The notes under the pieces are model-generated. The model searched no databases. It saw nothing but the letters and a program-made list of their open reading frames with translations, and was not told where the DNA came from. A stretch of DNA of 64,000 nucleotides, from NCBI GenBank assembly GCA_965233865.1, contig OZ247587.1:896001-960000 (forward strand), in the 5' to 3' direction. Both the position numbers and the translations under genes were made by a program. This document shows, one piece after another, positions 28,901-38,999 of this stretch. The DNA is from Candidatus Neptunichlamydia sp. Its GTDB lineage: Bacteria > Chlamydiota > Chlamydiia > Chlamydiales > Simkaniaceae. Positions within the stretch are counted from its first letter, which is position 1. Each line of letters opens with the position of its first letter.

Positions 28901-30955
28901 TTTTGATTCATATTTTAGATCTGTTGGATCAATACTAAATTCAACCGCTCGAGAATTAAACGTCCCCTCTATCCCAAGCGCCCCTCTCCCTCGAAAATCT
29001 CGGTGCCAAATCATCAAGGGAAGATTTAGCGTCCGAGCTGAGATCTTTTCAGCGTGGAACCACCCTAGTTCTAAGCTTGAAAGATACTCCCCAAGTGCAA
29101 ATTTTTCTAAGTCCCAATTCCACCCAAACTCAATAATATCATCTTTCTCACCCTCTCTTAGGAACCCTAAGCTTCCTTCAACACCCAATCGATCATCAAC
29201 AGTTTTCAGCTTCATATCAAGATCAAGCGCGACAGGCTCTGACATGTTTTTTGGTTTTTGAACCTGCAAAAGTTCGGCTAGTTCCTCAGGATGAAGAAGG
29301 ATATCGACATTAATGTTCAGATGAGAATAGAGTCCTTCAAAAGCAAATTTTCCATTGATTCCTTCGTAGCTGCAAGTCAGAGTAGAGGGTTTAAGATATT
29401 GATCATGCATCGCAACGAAGAGATCAATCCCTTCAATCTTCCGCTTTTGAATACTACACTCTCCCTCTACTACTTTAATTTCCCAATGTGTCCCATCAAA
29501 AAAATCTGGAGTCGAAAAATCAAACTCTCCTTTTCCAAAAATCTCATTCCCCTTCCAATGAAGATCCTTGCCATGAATGCTTCCTATTACCTGAGCTGCT
29601 TTAAAGTCGAGAATTTCACACCGAGTGAGCTTTTTATTTTCAACCCACCCAACGACTCTTCCGTCGAAAGTCCCTTGATCGATTGTAATTTTTTCAACTG
29701 CTGGAATATGGACTCCAACAAAATGTTGAAAGAAAGTGAGCTGATCAGGTGCAAGAGATTTCCCCTCGCCCTCAACAATAAATGTCCCTCCACCCTTTGA
29801 CGTCAACGCAATAAATGCTCCAATTTCTTCTTTATCAAAAAAACGAGCATCAAATGCGACCTTCCAAGTCGTATTGTCTTCAATGATCCCTTCTCCCACC
29901 AGATGAAAAGGAACTTTTTTTTCCTTCCGATGAAAGAGTCCATGGAATTCCATAAGTGGGGCATTCAAACGGCTAAAACGGAGGGAGCCATTGACATCAA
30001 CTGCTTCCCACACTTCATCATTTTTTGGATGATTAAATATTGCATGAAGTCCCGCGACTTCCCCTTCGCCTACAAAGTAAGGCCACAGATTTTCAAAAAA
30101 TGGATGAGACTCCCATCCTTTCATCTCAGCATTAGAAGTAAAGTGCTCTTTCCAAGTCAGGTGATGGAGATTCACATCCAACCCGTACTGTTGATGGGAA
30201 AATGCAAACTCTTCGATCCCCAAAGAGTACTTTACATATTCGATTTGTTTGGGCGCTGATAGAGCAAACTCTACAGTTCCACTAAGCTCTCCATTTTTAA
30301 CTTCCATGCTATTTTGGAGCGATGGAAGAAAAAATCGACTAATCTCAAACGCCCAAACAGTATCAAAACGCTCGAAGTTAAGATTAAAGTGCAATTGTTT
30401 TTCTTCTTTTAAAAAGGTAGCAACAAACGGAGTTTCTCCTGCTCCTTTGCTAATTTTTAGAAATCCTTTTTCCCCTTCCTCAGGACACTCAAATGTTATT
30501 TCAGCAATTTGATCACCAAAAATAAACTCTCCCGCTTGTACTTTCACAGGGGTTTTAAAAAATAGTTTATCGAGAATGTCATAAACACCCTTTTTCTTTT
30601 TTGGCTCCTTAAATTCACTAACCATCAAAGCAACTTGAGGGTGATCCATGATCACTTTCGGGGAAAATCTAAAGGGAAACATTTGAAGCTTGAAGGAAAC
30701 CTTTAAGTCATCGATCTTAACGTTAAAGGCAGGGCCCTCCTTTCCCTCTTTTCTTACAACCCTCACATCATGAAGCACCAGCTGTCCTTCATTGAGGCGC
30801 GCATGATCATAAGAAAAGTTAAGCCTTCCTCCTTTTGGAAGACGCGTTGACAAATAGGATTTAGCTCCAAAATAAATGAGAGGACGATGCCCCACTCCAA
30901 AGGCAATTAAAACCGCAAAAAGGGAAATAAACCAAATCAACGCTTTCTTTCGCAC
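25937..30955 (-). CDS. Large AsmA/TamB/YhdP-like envelope protein (1672 aa)
   Basis: Single N-terminal TM anchor, long alternating beta-strand pattern, AsmA-like C-terminus (PFTLSIGGTFENP). Confidence 0.6.
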   Translation of the reverse strand: MRKKALIWFISLFAVLIAFGVGHRPLIYFGAKSYLSTRLPKGGRLNFSYDHARLNEGQLVLHDVRVVRKEGKEGPAFNVKIDDLKVSFKLQMFPFRFSPKVIMDHPQVALMVSEFKEPKKKKGVYDILDKLFFKTPVKVQAGEFIFGDQIAEITFECPEEGEKGFLKISKGAGETPFVATFLKEEKQLHFNLNFERFDTVWAFEISRFFLPSLQNSMEVKNGELSGTVEFALSAPKQIEYVKYSLGIEEFAFSHQQYGLDVNLHHLTWKEHFTSNAEMKGWESHPFFENLWPYFVGEGEVAGLHAIFNHPKNDEVWEAVDVNGSLRFSRLNAPLMEFHGLFHRKEKKVPFHLVGEGIIEDNTTWKVAFDARFFDKEEIGAFIALTSKGGGTFIVEGEGKSLAPDQLTFFQHFVGVHIPAVEKITIDQGTFDGRVVGWVENKKLTRCEILDFKAAQVIGSIHGKDLHWKGNEIFGKGEFDFSTPDFFDGTHWEIKVVEGECSIQKRKIEGIDLFVAMHDQYLKPSTLTCSYEGINGKFAFEGLYSHLNINVDILLHPEELAELLQVQKPKNMSEPVALDLDMKLKTVDDRLGVEGSLGFLREGEKDDIIEFGWNWDLEKFALGEYLSSLELGWFHAEKISARTLNLPLMIWHRDFRGRGALGIEGTFNSRAVEFSIDPTDLKYESKAIDIMPKGEGKEKAPNCNFFLDFEKGIWQGKIPLKNAQVQEHAFGLSFDSFTSEVDLEGTEFLFQNVDAVADGVHFQAEIAVDFARADRNELTINTYAIDGEAKDVLTFLNHFESFRGVELPLSGAIKSGPGDMHLHAYIGDIEELLEWRIALHLRNGQYPFSKNFGFENLSGNLYYSAEDERFKIEDVAGNLTLTAGNVPKSYSLNVPVLELDAKEGILIYDCRLEAPTYEICRVVGRGAQEGEEFCFHIDTGRTRFFGARMEVETLAFHEGFLSRASVATKLSALDLVHHLDFLNSAGLLPIKEETLDEMRGPHVEGELEFGFLFNRKEESFSFDAKSSSLRLESINLDHLLVHGQRQGDRFTLDRFEAGSLKIHATMVREEARWHLPDLEVLWKKSFLKSGVVTFDEEKRQLQVPLEGLRLNLEEIATLFPHTEFDWDYLKGILFAKGSFIFDFSRGWKDWAFDSELHCVGEEFGKGRLRVESPEALRISYNPQNGFSLGQAAFNFLHPRSNQLWAKCHFDWLGYRDGILKGQGAKLIAPPEMVHFIGQTHSLPHLGYKKEKMIVFGYPIEWENQIEASLDFELGESSMASGYLKEGYYWVGDKAWYLSSCSFAYEKETVTVNVNTLYDELPFDLRADLSFHPHFTSRFVIQETCNDQRGEQPLVIQTDWNANEGFFIQSMDGGVCGLDFSFHHNPKESFLDKMALTGQLKVNVPKLAQLMPEDIRNTVSEFEIGKGYELSGDLVISKTQFDESHFSGYLKGKKFQLMGSLMGTLMSEIDIRPDHIELDNFTISDSSGMFAIESIRMMKKSNEEWELNVPEVVITDFRPSLLKKIGKYPTRIKPLTIRELRANNIRGTLGNASSFVGKGNINFINTFKRDYHILDIPFEILGRLGLDMGLLVPVRGEIEYVIVDGRVYFTELKSSYSEGKRSQFYLSPIEHSYIDFDGNINVNIKMKQYVLLKVTEPFTLSIGGTFENPKYGLR

Positions 30956-31040
30956 AAAAAATCCTTATTTTTCCTACCTAATCGTAAAGGAAAAGGCAAA
31001 AAAAATAGAGGAAAAACTTCTTTTTCTACATTATGAAAAA

Positions 31041-32540
31041 ATGTTACGAAAAATTTTAGATTTTCATCTTCGTTTAACAGAGGATGGAGCGCGCCTCCAT
31101 CGCTTCCGCCCTCTTGTAAATGCGCTCGACACTTTTTTCTATGAGGTACCAATTAGAACAACGCGAGGACCTCACATTCGCGACATCATTGATCTTAAAA
31201 GATGGATGATGGTTGTTGTCTATGCCCTTCTTCCCTGCATCCTCGTTGCAATTTGGAATAGCGGTGTGCAATCCTACGTGTTTGGAAGCGGTAGTGTCGA
31301 AATTATGGACTCCTTTATCAGAGCTTCAGAAACTTTTGGAGGCTATTTTTCCTTTGGAAAATCACACTTTTGGCCCATTCTGAAACAAGGATTGATTGCA
31401 TTCCTTCCCATCATGTTCATCTCTTATGCCGTTGGAGGTGCATGGGAAGTTCTCTTTGCTGTGATCCGCCGCCACGAAGTTTCAGAAGGATTTCTTGTTA
31501 CCGGAATGTTATTTGCCCTAATCCTTCCTTCCACGATTCCTTACTGGATGGTTGTCGTTGGGGTTTCTACTGGCGTCGTGATTGGAAAAGAGCTCTTCGG
31601 GGGCACGGGAATGAACATCCTCAATCCCGCTCTTGTCTGTCGCGCCTTTCTCTTCTTTGCCTTCCCCACGAAAATGACGGGACCTGTGTGGGTAGGAACA
31701 AACCCCACTGAAATCCAACAAAGCATCGTCTCCATGAACCAGACCTCCGGAGAAATCGATGGCATTACTCAAGCATCAGCTCTCAATCGCTTTAACATCA
31801 GCCCCGATATTAAGCGAATCCATGTCGATGCAATTGGAATGAACTATGGGAAGGAGATAAAAACAGAGCGGATCATTAACCACCAACTGTCATTTTGGAA
31901 AAAAGGAGCAAGCTACTCAACGCTCTCTCCAAAAGAGCGAAAAACATTTGTCACTTCTTCCTTAAGCATTGGAGGGCTGGGGCTTTCGCCTGAAAACTAT
32001 TCCGACGCTGTCCGTTTTGCTGAGCTCCGCTTCGGACAAGGAAGACTCAGCAATGGAAATTTCTTTTTTGGGAATCGTATTGGATCCATGGGAGAAACAT
32101 CGATCTTTGCCTGCCTTTTAGGGGCTTTTCTTTTGATTTACACACGAATAGGATCATGGAGATCTATGGCAGGGATGGCAGCTGGCGCTTATCTTTGCGC
32201 CCTTCTTTTTGAGTGGGGTTCTCTCCATTTAGGTCCTCATGAAGGAGCATTTAATGCTGCAAAGTATGCATTTCCCGCCTACAAACATCTCCTTTTAGGA
32301 AGCCTTGCCTTCGGATTAGTCTTTATGGCCACCGACCCCGTCTCTTCTCCTTACATAAAAGGAGCAAAGTGGATCTACGGGATCTTATGCGGAGTTCTTG
32401 TCATCGTCATTCGGACCATCAACCCTGCCTTTCCAGAAGGGGTCATGTTAGCCATTTTGTTTGGAAATGTCTTTGCTCCACTCATTGATCATTATGCACT
32501 CACAAGGAAATGTCGTGGTAGAAAGAAAATCCGGATTTAG
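31041..32540 (+). CDS. nqrB: Na+-translocating NADH:quinone reductase subunit B
   Basis: PHIRD.IDLKRWM, KELFGGTGMNILNPAL, GSMGETS, FMATDPVS, PEGVMLAIL; likely start 31041. Confidence 0.95.
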   Translation: MLRKILDFHLRLTEDGARLHRFRPLVNALDTFFYEVPIRTTRGPHIRDIIDLKRWMMVVVYALLPCILVAIWNSGVQSYVFGSGSVEIMDSFIRASETFGGYFSFGKSHFWPILKQGLIAFLPIMFISYAVGGAWEVLFAVIRRHEVSEGFLVTGMLFALILPSTIPYWMVVVGVSTGVVIGKELFGGTGMNILNPALVCRAFLFFAFPTKMTGPVWVGTNPTEIQQSIVSMNQTSGEIDGITQASALNRFNISPDIKRIHVDAIGMNYGKEIKTERIINHQLSFWKKGASYSTLSPKERKTFVTSSLSIGGLGLSPENYSDAVRFAELRFGQGRLSNGNFFFGNRIGSMGETSIFACLLGAFLLIYTRIGSWRSMAGMAAGAYLCALLFEWGSLHLGPHEGAFNAAKYAFPAYKHLLLGSLAFGLVFMATDPVSSPYIKGAKWIYGILCGVLVIVIRTINPAFPEGVMLAILFGNVFAPLIDHYALTRKCRGRKKIRI

Positions 32541-33357
32541 CAACGCTCGCACCCTTATTTTTGTTGTGATTATTTGTACAACTTGTGCCCTAGTCCTGTC
32601 AATCTTCGCTGAATTATTAAAAACTCCCCAGCAAAATGCAAAGGAGATCTACCGGAGCAAGCAACTCCTTCTTGCCGCCCGTATCTTAGATCATAAAGGA
32701 TACTTTCTTCTAGATGGAAAACGAACAAATAAAGCAAAAAATCAAGAACTCTTAGAGGTATTTGAAACTAGAATTCTGACTCGACTTACAGATTTCCAAG
32801 GAAAACTTTACACATTTGAAGAAGCAAGTTTGAACGAAACAGATTACCTGCTAGATCACGCAAAGCTAGGCTACTCGAAACTCCCCTATAAACTCATCTA
32901 CCTTGTAAAACAAGCTGCTCCTTCTTCTACCCCCTATGGATATGTCATTCCTGTGAATGGGTATGGGCTTTGGAATGCCATTTATGGTTATTTAGGGATT
33001 GCAGCAGATGGAAATACCGTGCTTGGTATGACTTGGTATGATCAAAAAGAAACCCCTGGACTGGGCGGTGAAATCGCTCTTCCACAGTGGCAACAGCAAT
33101 TTTTAGATAAAACCATTTTCCAAAAAAAAACCGATGGATCAACTAATTTTCAAAGAGCACCCCTTGGAATTAAAGTCGTGAAAACAACCGTAGAAGAAAC
33201 ACTTGGAACAACTCCTATGGCGGATAGCGCCGTAGATGGAATTGCAGGGGCCTCCATTACGGTTACAGGAGTCAACGAAGCCCTCCGCTCTTCTCTTGAT
33301 CCTTATCGTCCCTTCCTCATCCGTGCACATAACCAAGAGGTGAAAATCGATGGTTAA
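32515..33357 (+). CDS. nqrC: Na+-NQR subunit C
   Basis: [27 protein letters not shown]; likely GTG start at 32515. Confidence 0.93.
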   Translation: MVERKSGFSNARTLIFVVIICTTCALVLSIFAELLKTPQQNAKEIYRSKQLLLAARILDHKGYFLLDGKRTNKAKNQELLEVFETRILTRLTDFQGKLYTFEEASLNETDYLLDHAKLGYSKLPYKLIYLVKQAAPSSTPYGYVIPVNGYGLWNAIYGYLGIAADGNTVLGMTWYDQKETPGLGGEIALPQWQQQFLDKTIFQKKTDGSTNFQRAPLGIKVVKTTVEETLGTTPMADSAVDGIAGASITVTGVNEALRSSLDPYRPFLIRAHNQEVKIDG

Positions 33358-33988
33358 AAAGCCCTCTCTTGGCCGTTACTATACAGATCAATTGTGGAAT
33401 AATAACCAAATCCTTGTAACAATTTTAGGGATTTGTTCCGCACTTGCAGTTACAATTAAATTGAGTGTTGCGACTGTTATGGGGATTTCAGTGATTTTTG
33501 TAACAGGATTTGCTTCCCTTTTGGTCTCACTTATCCGCAAATGGACTCCTTCAAGCGTCCGGATGATTGCGCAACTTGCCATTATCTCCCTTTTTGTCAT
33601 TATCGTCGATCAAGTCCTCAAAGCCTATTTCTATGAAATGTCGCTAACACTCTCTGTTTTTGTGGGGTTGATTATCACTAACTGCCTTGTGATGGGACGA
33701 GCAGAAGCTATGGCAAAAAATAGCCTCCCCCTCCCAGCCTTTATGGATGGACTAGGAGCCGCTTCAGGATACGCCCTGATTCTTTTGGGAGTGGGTTTCA
33801 TCCGTGAACTCTTTGGTTTTGGGACCCTTTTTGATTTTCAAATCATTCCCTTAGCATGGTATGCCACTCCGCAGCATCCTGATGGTTATCTGAATTCCAA
33901 CCTGATGGCACTAGCTCCTTCTGCATTCTTTATTATTGGGGGAATGATTTGGGTTCGAAACATCATTGCAAAAGAGGGCGGTGAATAA
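33350..33988 (+). CDS. nqrD: Na+-NQR subunit D
   Basis: [28 protein letters not shown]. Confidence 0.95.
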   Translation: MVKKPSLGRYYTDQLWNNNQILVTILGICSALAVTIKLSVATVMGISVIFVTGFASLLVSLIRKWTPSSVRMIAQLAIISLFVIIVDQVLKAYFYEMSLTLSVFVGLIITNCLVMGRAEAMAKNSLPLPAFMDGLGAASGYALILLGVGFIRELFGFGTLFDFQIIPLAWYATPQHPDGYLNSNLMALAPSAFFIIGGMIWVRNIIAKEGGE

Positions 33989-34683
33989 TGGGTCCCTACT
34001 CCATCTTGAATTTACTAGGCCTCGCCATTCAGTCTATCTTTATTCAAAACATCCTTCTCTTTAATTTTCTAGGGATGTGTTCTTATCTTGCCTGTTCGAA
34101 CAAAATCAAAACGGCCAATGGACTCGGGATGGCCGTCTGCGTCGTGATGGCCATTTCCGGAGTGCTTAATTGGTTTGTTCATACTTATATTACAGGTGAA
34201 AATGCTCTCTCTTGGCTAGGCCACCTAGGCGTTCCCACTGAAGGCGTCAACCTTGGGTTCCTTGAATTTCTTATCTATATCTCCGTGATCGCTGCCTTTG
34301 TCCAAGTTCTCGAGATTGTGATCGACAAGTTTGCCCCAGCCCTCTATCGAGCACTAGGGATGTATCTTCCTCTCATCACTGTCAACTGCGCCATCTTAGG
34401 AGCCTCCCTCTTCGCAACAGTAAGAGCCTACCCCTTTATTCCCAACCTCATCTACGTAGCAGCCGCAGGGATAGGGTGGTGGGTCGCCATCCTTCTCATC
34501 GCTGCCATCCGAGAAAAACTTTCCTACTCTAATGCCCCTAAGGGACTTCGCGGGATGGGATTGACCTTTATCATGACAGGCCTTATTTCTTTGGCATTCA
34601 TGGGGCTTTCAGGAATCGCTCTTGACCAAATTACTGAAGATGACACCTATCCCCTCCTTATCCAAACAGAGCCATCAGAATAA
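33988..34683 (+). CDS. nqrE: Na+-NQR subunit E
   Basis: FLGMCSYLACS, LPLITVNCAILG, IREKL.YS. Confidence 0.95.
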   Translation: MGPYSILNLLGLAIQSIFIQNILLFNFLGMCSYLACSNKIKTANGLGMAVCVVMAISGVLNWFVHTYITGENALSWLGHLGVPTEGVNLGFLEFLIYISVIAAFVQVLEIVIDKFAPALYRALGMYLPLITVNCAILGASLFATVRAYPFIPNLIYVAAAGIGWWVAILLIAAIREKLSYSNAPKGLRGMGLTFIMTGLISLAFMGLSGIALDQITEDDTYPLLIQTEPSE

Positions 34684-34718
34684 GAACCACAGCTGCAAAA
34701 TTTAAACTTAAAACACTA

Positions 34719-35550
34719 TATAGCTAAAATATTTCGTTTTAGTTATATTTTTTTGAATGACGTATTCATTAGATTTTAGAAAAAAGGTACTGTTGATCCG
34801 AAGCACAGAAAATTTAAGTTTTTCCAAGACAGCAAAACGTTTTGGTGTAAGTGTAAATAGCATATTTCTTTGGTCTAAGAGGCTAGAGGCAAAGCGCACT
34901 AAAAATAGACCTGCAATAAAGATTGAAAGAGATCGCTTGATGGAGCGATATCAAAAAATACCCTGATGCCTTCAACTATGAACGAGCATATCGTCTCAAT
35001 GTAAGCCCTTCAGGTGTTCGTTGTGCCATGAAGCGGCTAAGAATTAGCTATAAAAAAAACACTTAACCATCCCAAGGCTTGTAAAAAGAAGAGATCTCTC
35101 TTCAGAGAAAAGATTTCAAGGTATGAATGCTTGGGAAAACCGATTGTATACATCGATGAAAGTGGGTTTGCCCATGATATGCCCCGAACGCATGGTTGCT
35201 CAAAAATAGGGGCGTTACTTGGAACAAACCTTCTTACTCTTGCACTGTTTGATTGTAATATTAATACAGATGCCTTTAGCAGTTGGGCAGAGCAAGACTT
35301 GATGCCGAAACTTCCTTCTGAAAGCGTTTTGGTTATGGATAATGCATCGTTTCATAAAAGCAAATCTATGCAAGAAAAGATCGAAGCTGCAGGCCACATC
35401 TTGGAATATTCCCCCCCATATTCCCCAGATTTAAATCCTATTGAGCATAAATGGGCACAAGCAAAATCTAAACGAAGAAAATATCAATGTGGAATTGATG
35501 AACTTTTTAAGGAATATTTCCTATAACTAAATTATATCAACTTAGCTATA
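34719..35550 (+). mobile_element. IS630-family element, copy 2 (decayed)
   Basis: Same TATAGCTAA...TTAGCTATA ends and near-identical body to 14668..15534; YIDESG, MDNASFH, PDLNPIEH; 1-bp insertion in orfA and a 57-bp deletion in orfB. Confidence 0.92.
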
Positions 35551-35660
35551 TGCAGTCCATTCAGTATCAACCTAAGTTTTGTAAATAAAAAATTAAAAAA
35601 GAAAAAGGTTATTGATGATATGCTTTGTGCAAAGAATTCTAACTCGAAAGTTTAGAAAGC

Positions 35661-36029
35661 CTATTCTTCTGGAAGCAGCGATCCTAAAACTAATTTTTTG
35701 TAATCCTCCGCTGCATAAAGCGATTTGATTTCTTCTGGGTTAGATGGCACAATCTCAAAAAGATATCCTTCCTTTTCAGGAAACTGATTGAGCAAATTCA
35801 CATCTTCTTTTAGCTTCATATTAACAGCCGTAACGATCCCTGAAATGGGGCTGTAGATGTCAGCTGCTGCCTTAGTAGACTCTAGGACTGCTATTTCTTC
35901 CCCAGCTTCTACTTGTTGCCCAACTTTAGGAAGCTCGATATAAACAATTTCCCCAAGCTCCTGTTGAGCATATTTAGAGATTCCCACTTTTCCAGCTAAG
36001 TACCATTCATGTGTATCTGTATACTTCAT
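35661..36029 (-). CDS. gcvH: Glycine cleavage H / lipoyl-carrier protein
   Basis: YTDTHEW, GISKYAQQELGEIVY, LESTKAAADIYSP (lipoyl Lys); likely start 36029. Confidence 0.93.
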   Translation of the reverse strand: MKYTDTHEWYLAGKVGISKYAQQELGEIVYIELPKVGQQVEAGEEIAVLESTKAAADIYSPISGIVTAVNMKLKEDVNLLNQFPEKEGYLFEIVPSNPEEIKSLYAAEDYKKLVLGSLLPEE

Positions 36030-36625
36030 CTTATAAGCTCCATTGAGGCCCAAAGGGCGGGGTGTTTTTCAAGATTAAAATAATCCGAGGAAAGGTTAAA
36101 GTGTTCCTTTTCTCCATTTTTTCGCTTAAAGCGGTAGCAAAATCCGAGGCGCTTAAACTCTACCGGATCATACCCATATAGAAGCTCTTTAGGAAGGGCG
36201 ATTTCAACCCTATATGAGCTCCTCTTCACTTCTGTCTTCATTGTAATAACATCAGAATCTGCCAATTCATGGCTATCTTCGCCTCGAAAACGGGTCACTT
36301 CAATTCCAGTCTCTTCCTCTAAATCAAACGAGAAGTGGTGGCAAAATCGGGTGATGACATTGGATGTCTTAAGATCTCGGGTATCTATAAACAGCTCTAG
36401 CTGATCCCCACTCTCTATTCCCAGTTTGCATCCCATCTCCACATAGATTCCCACAGGGCTCCACAAGAGAGCCAGCGAAATGAGATTTCCTTCTCCAGTC
36501 AGACTTGTGGTATTAGGAAGAAGCCCCTTCTTAAACTGCCGCTTCTTTTCTGCTTTGGAGATTTTCCCTCTCACTTCAAAAAAGGCCGCTGGACTTAAAG
36601 GTTTAAGGTCTTTCAAAACTGACAT
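36026..36625 (-). CDS. Hypothetical protein with a DOMON/CBM9-like fold
   Basis: LELFIDTRD, YRVEIALP and LGFCY resemble CBM9/DOMON-like strands; coupled to its neighbours. Confidence 0.55.
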   Translation of the reverse strand: MSVLKDLKPLSPAAFFEVRGKISKAEKKRQFKKGLLPNTTSLTGEGNLISLALLWSPVGIYVEMGCKLGIESGDQLELFIDTRDLKTSNVITRFCHHFSFDLEEETGIEVTRFRGEDSHELADSDVITMKTEVKRSSYRVEIALPKELLYGYDPVEFKRLGFCYRFKRKNGEKEHFNLSSDYFNLEKHPALWASMELIR

Positions 36626-38999
36626 CGTTAAGCTTTATTGCATTTTTTTTCTGAATCCGCTTAATCAAATCGGTCATGAGGTGGCGCTCCGCCTCTTTTG
36701 ATAGAATCGTTTGTCCTTGCTTCATTTCTGCATTGAAATTCCCACTAGGAACTAATTTCTTCTGAAGCTGGAAAAACGAAAGACGATTTTCAGAGCGATG
36801 CTCCACATTAGACCAGCTCTTTTCTATCATTGAAAAGAGCTCCAAAGAAAACCAAGGACTACGCTCATGGTTTTTGAACATTGTATTTTCTTTTACAAGG
36901 GACCATTGGGAGCTGAGATCTTCCTTTACTCCAAGCTTTCCATCTTCTTTAAAAGCCTCTGTTTGCTTCAAGAATTGACTCCCCTCACCAACCCTACGAA
37001 TGTCCTTTTCTGCCACCATCATATGTGGAAAAAGGCGGTGCTTAGGGTAAAATTCGTCAAGCCTTGCAAATCGGTCCTCAGGAAGTTCAACCCCAAGTTG
37101 CGACATTTGAAAATCAATCTTCCTTAAGGTATCTGCAAAGAGGATCCGACCCACTTCTTTCTCCACCTCGCTTAAAGGCTTCCAATCGTTTTCTTCTGTT
37201 TTGAAAACAGCAGGATTTTTGATCCGCACTTTAGGGTAAGATGTCTCCAAATGCATTTGAAGCAATGTGTCTAAAATTCCGCGTTCGCTTGCTTCCTCAA
37301 AGGTTAAAACCATTCGAGTGAGATCCCGATCCACTACTTGAAAGCGGTAATAGATTTCTCCATCCCCTGTAAATAGTTCCAACTGATTTTTTGCTGCAAG
37401 AGCTTCAGGATCGCTATCGAGTTCCCCCTTTAGCACTGCTATAGAAAATAAGTTAGAAAGTTTTTTGCTAGACTCTATTCCTTCAAAAGGAGAGTTTCTT
37501 CCACTCGGTGAAAAACTCACAGTGCGCAAATTTATATGCTTTTGGTTGAGCGCTTCTTGAATCCATTCAGGGTGATTTTCAACAATCCTTCCTCTTGAAA
37601 ATCTGTCGATCTTTCCGCGAAGTTCAGGTCCTAATTCTTCAAGCGCTGCAAAATATTCTCCTGCATCTTTAGCATTTTTAAGTTTCAATTGTGGAAACTC
37701 TTTTGTTAAAAGTGCAAAATTCTCTTCCTCAAGCTGCCACTCCCATGTTTCTTTAAGACTCACACCAAGAGCAACTTCATCCTTTTTTACTTCAGCAATT
37801 TCTACCAAAAACCGCTGTTCAATAAGCTCAGGGGAGATTTTTTCAATCTCACTAGCACTTGTAAATGTTTCTGGAAGTATCAACCCTTCCCTTCGGTTTT
37901 GCGAAACTTGATCAAGATAGAGCTCGAGTTTCATCAAGGTAGAGAAATCTTTGATATCCAAAGAACCGGGCAAATGATACAAATCCACTTCAGCTGTCTT
38001 CGAAGCGAAACTATAGAATGCCTCGTAGACATGAGGGTCAACAAAAACAGCTCCACCTACATCTTCAAATAAGCGGCGAAATAGCATAATTTTTTGCCAC
38101 ACTCCAACAGCTTCTTTTTCATTCATCCCAAGAGAGTGTAGCTGCTGCTGCCAAAGCTGCGAGATTTCTTCTTCAGAAACCTCTGATTTTCGAAGCTGCG
38201 TTTGCATTGATTCGTAACCATTACGAATCAAATCAACACGCGCTTCTTCAAAGCTAACTTTATATCCTTGCTCCTTGGCAATAAGCTCTGCATTGATCAC
38301 AAACTGGGCCACCAGCTCAATAAACTGAGGGCCAAACCACTCTTCTAAGCTCCGACAATGAAAAACATTTAAGTTCACTCTTTCTAATGCTGGGTCAGGC
38401 TTAATCCAGTTGTAGTGCTTTTGCTGGAACATTAAATATTCACGTAGAATGTTTGGAGGAAATGCAGATTCTCCGAGATACAAATTCACAAGAAGCCCAA
38501 AAGAATCCGGATTCACTTCTCCAGTCGTATCCAAAAAAGCATCCAAATAAGCTTTCTGCGAAGGTAGAACTTGTGACCACATATTTTCTACGCTGATAAA
38601 AGGGGCTGTCGGATGACGATAAGGATGAAACGCCTTATGGTGGGTCATGCGCTCGTTAAGGTTTTCTTTCAAATCTTCAAAATAAGCATGCGCGAGCAAT
38701 ACTCCAATACCGGTTCCCAAAAGATCCTTTCTTACTACCCCATCATTGAAAAAGTTGGGCATCATTCCTTTTTCCGTAAGCGCTAAATCATTTCGATCAC
38801 TCGATAAGAAGCGAACCATATGGCCCAGCTCACTTTTCATAATTTTTGATCCATCGACCCCTTGGCAAATACAACTATTCTCAGCTTTTTGAGGAGCATT
38901 GGTTGCACTATGCGTTCCGAAAAAGGAAAAGGAAATGACGATGACAACAGCGATAACGATAAAAAAATAACGTTGGTATTTGCGAAAAAATTCCAGCAT
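36603..38999 (-). CDS. SurA-N/PpiD-like membrane-anchored periplasmic protein (CT283-like)
   Basis: MLEFFRKYQR + TM ...ISFSFFG, typical of the PpiD/SurA_N start; chlamydial position upstream of gcvH. Confidence 0.65.
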   Translation of the reverse strand: MLEFFRKYQRYFFIVIAVVIVISFSFFGTHSATNAPQKAENSCICQGVDGSKIMKSELGHMVRFLSSDRNDLALTEKGMMPNFFNDGVVRKDLLGTGIGVLLAHAYFEDLKENLNERMTHHKAFHPYRHPTAPFISVENMWSQVLPSQKAYLDAFLDTTGEVNPDSFGLLVNLYLGESAFPPNILREYLMFQQKHYNWIKPDPALERVNLNVFHCRSLEEWFGPQFIELVAQFVINAELIAKEQGYKVSFEEARVDLIRNGYESMQTQLRKSEVSEEEISQLWQQQLHSLGMNEKEAVGVWQKIMLFRRLFEDVGGAVFVDPHVYEAFYSFASKTAEVDLYHLPGSLDIKDFSTLMKLELYLDQVSQNRREGLILPETFTSASEIEKISPELIEQRFLVEIAEVKKDEVALGVSLKETWEWQLEEENFALLTKEFPQLKLKNAKDAGEYFAALEELGPELRGKIDRFSRGRIVENHPEWIQEALNQKHINLRTVSFSPSGRNSPFEGIESSKKLSNLFSIAVLKGELDSDPEALAAKNQLELFTGDGEIYYRFQVVDRDLTRMVLTFEEASERGILDTLLQMHLETSYPKVRIKNPAVFKTEENDWKPLSEVEKEVGRILFADTLRKIDFQMSQLGVELPEDRFARLDEFYPKHRLFPHMMVAEKDIRRVGEGSQFLKQTEAFKEDGKLGVKEDLSSQWSLVKENTMFKNHERSPWFSLELFSMIEKSWSNVEHRSENRLSFFQLQKKLVPSGNFNAEMKQGQTILSKEAERHLMTDLIKRIQKKNAIKLNDVSFERP

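Noticed and set aside
26259..30512. Several long plus-strand ORFs (e.g. 28746..29261, 29291..29800)
   Set aside because: Antisense shadows of the 1672-aa gene, with no motifs.
31041..34683. Missing nqrA/nqrF as evidence of IS-caused loss
   Set aside because: A split nqr arrangement with B-E together is typical of chlamydiae; absence cannot be judged from one window.
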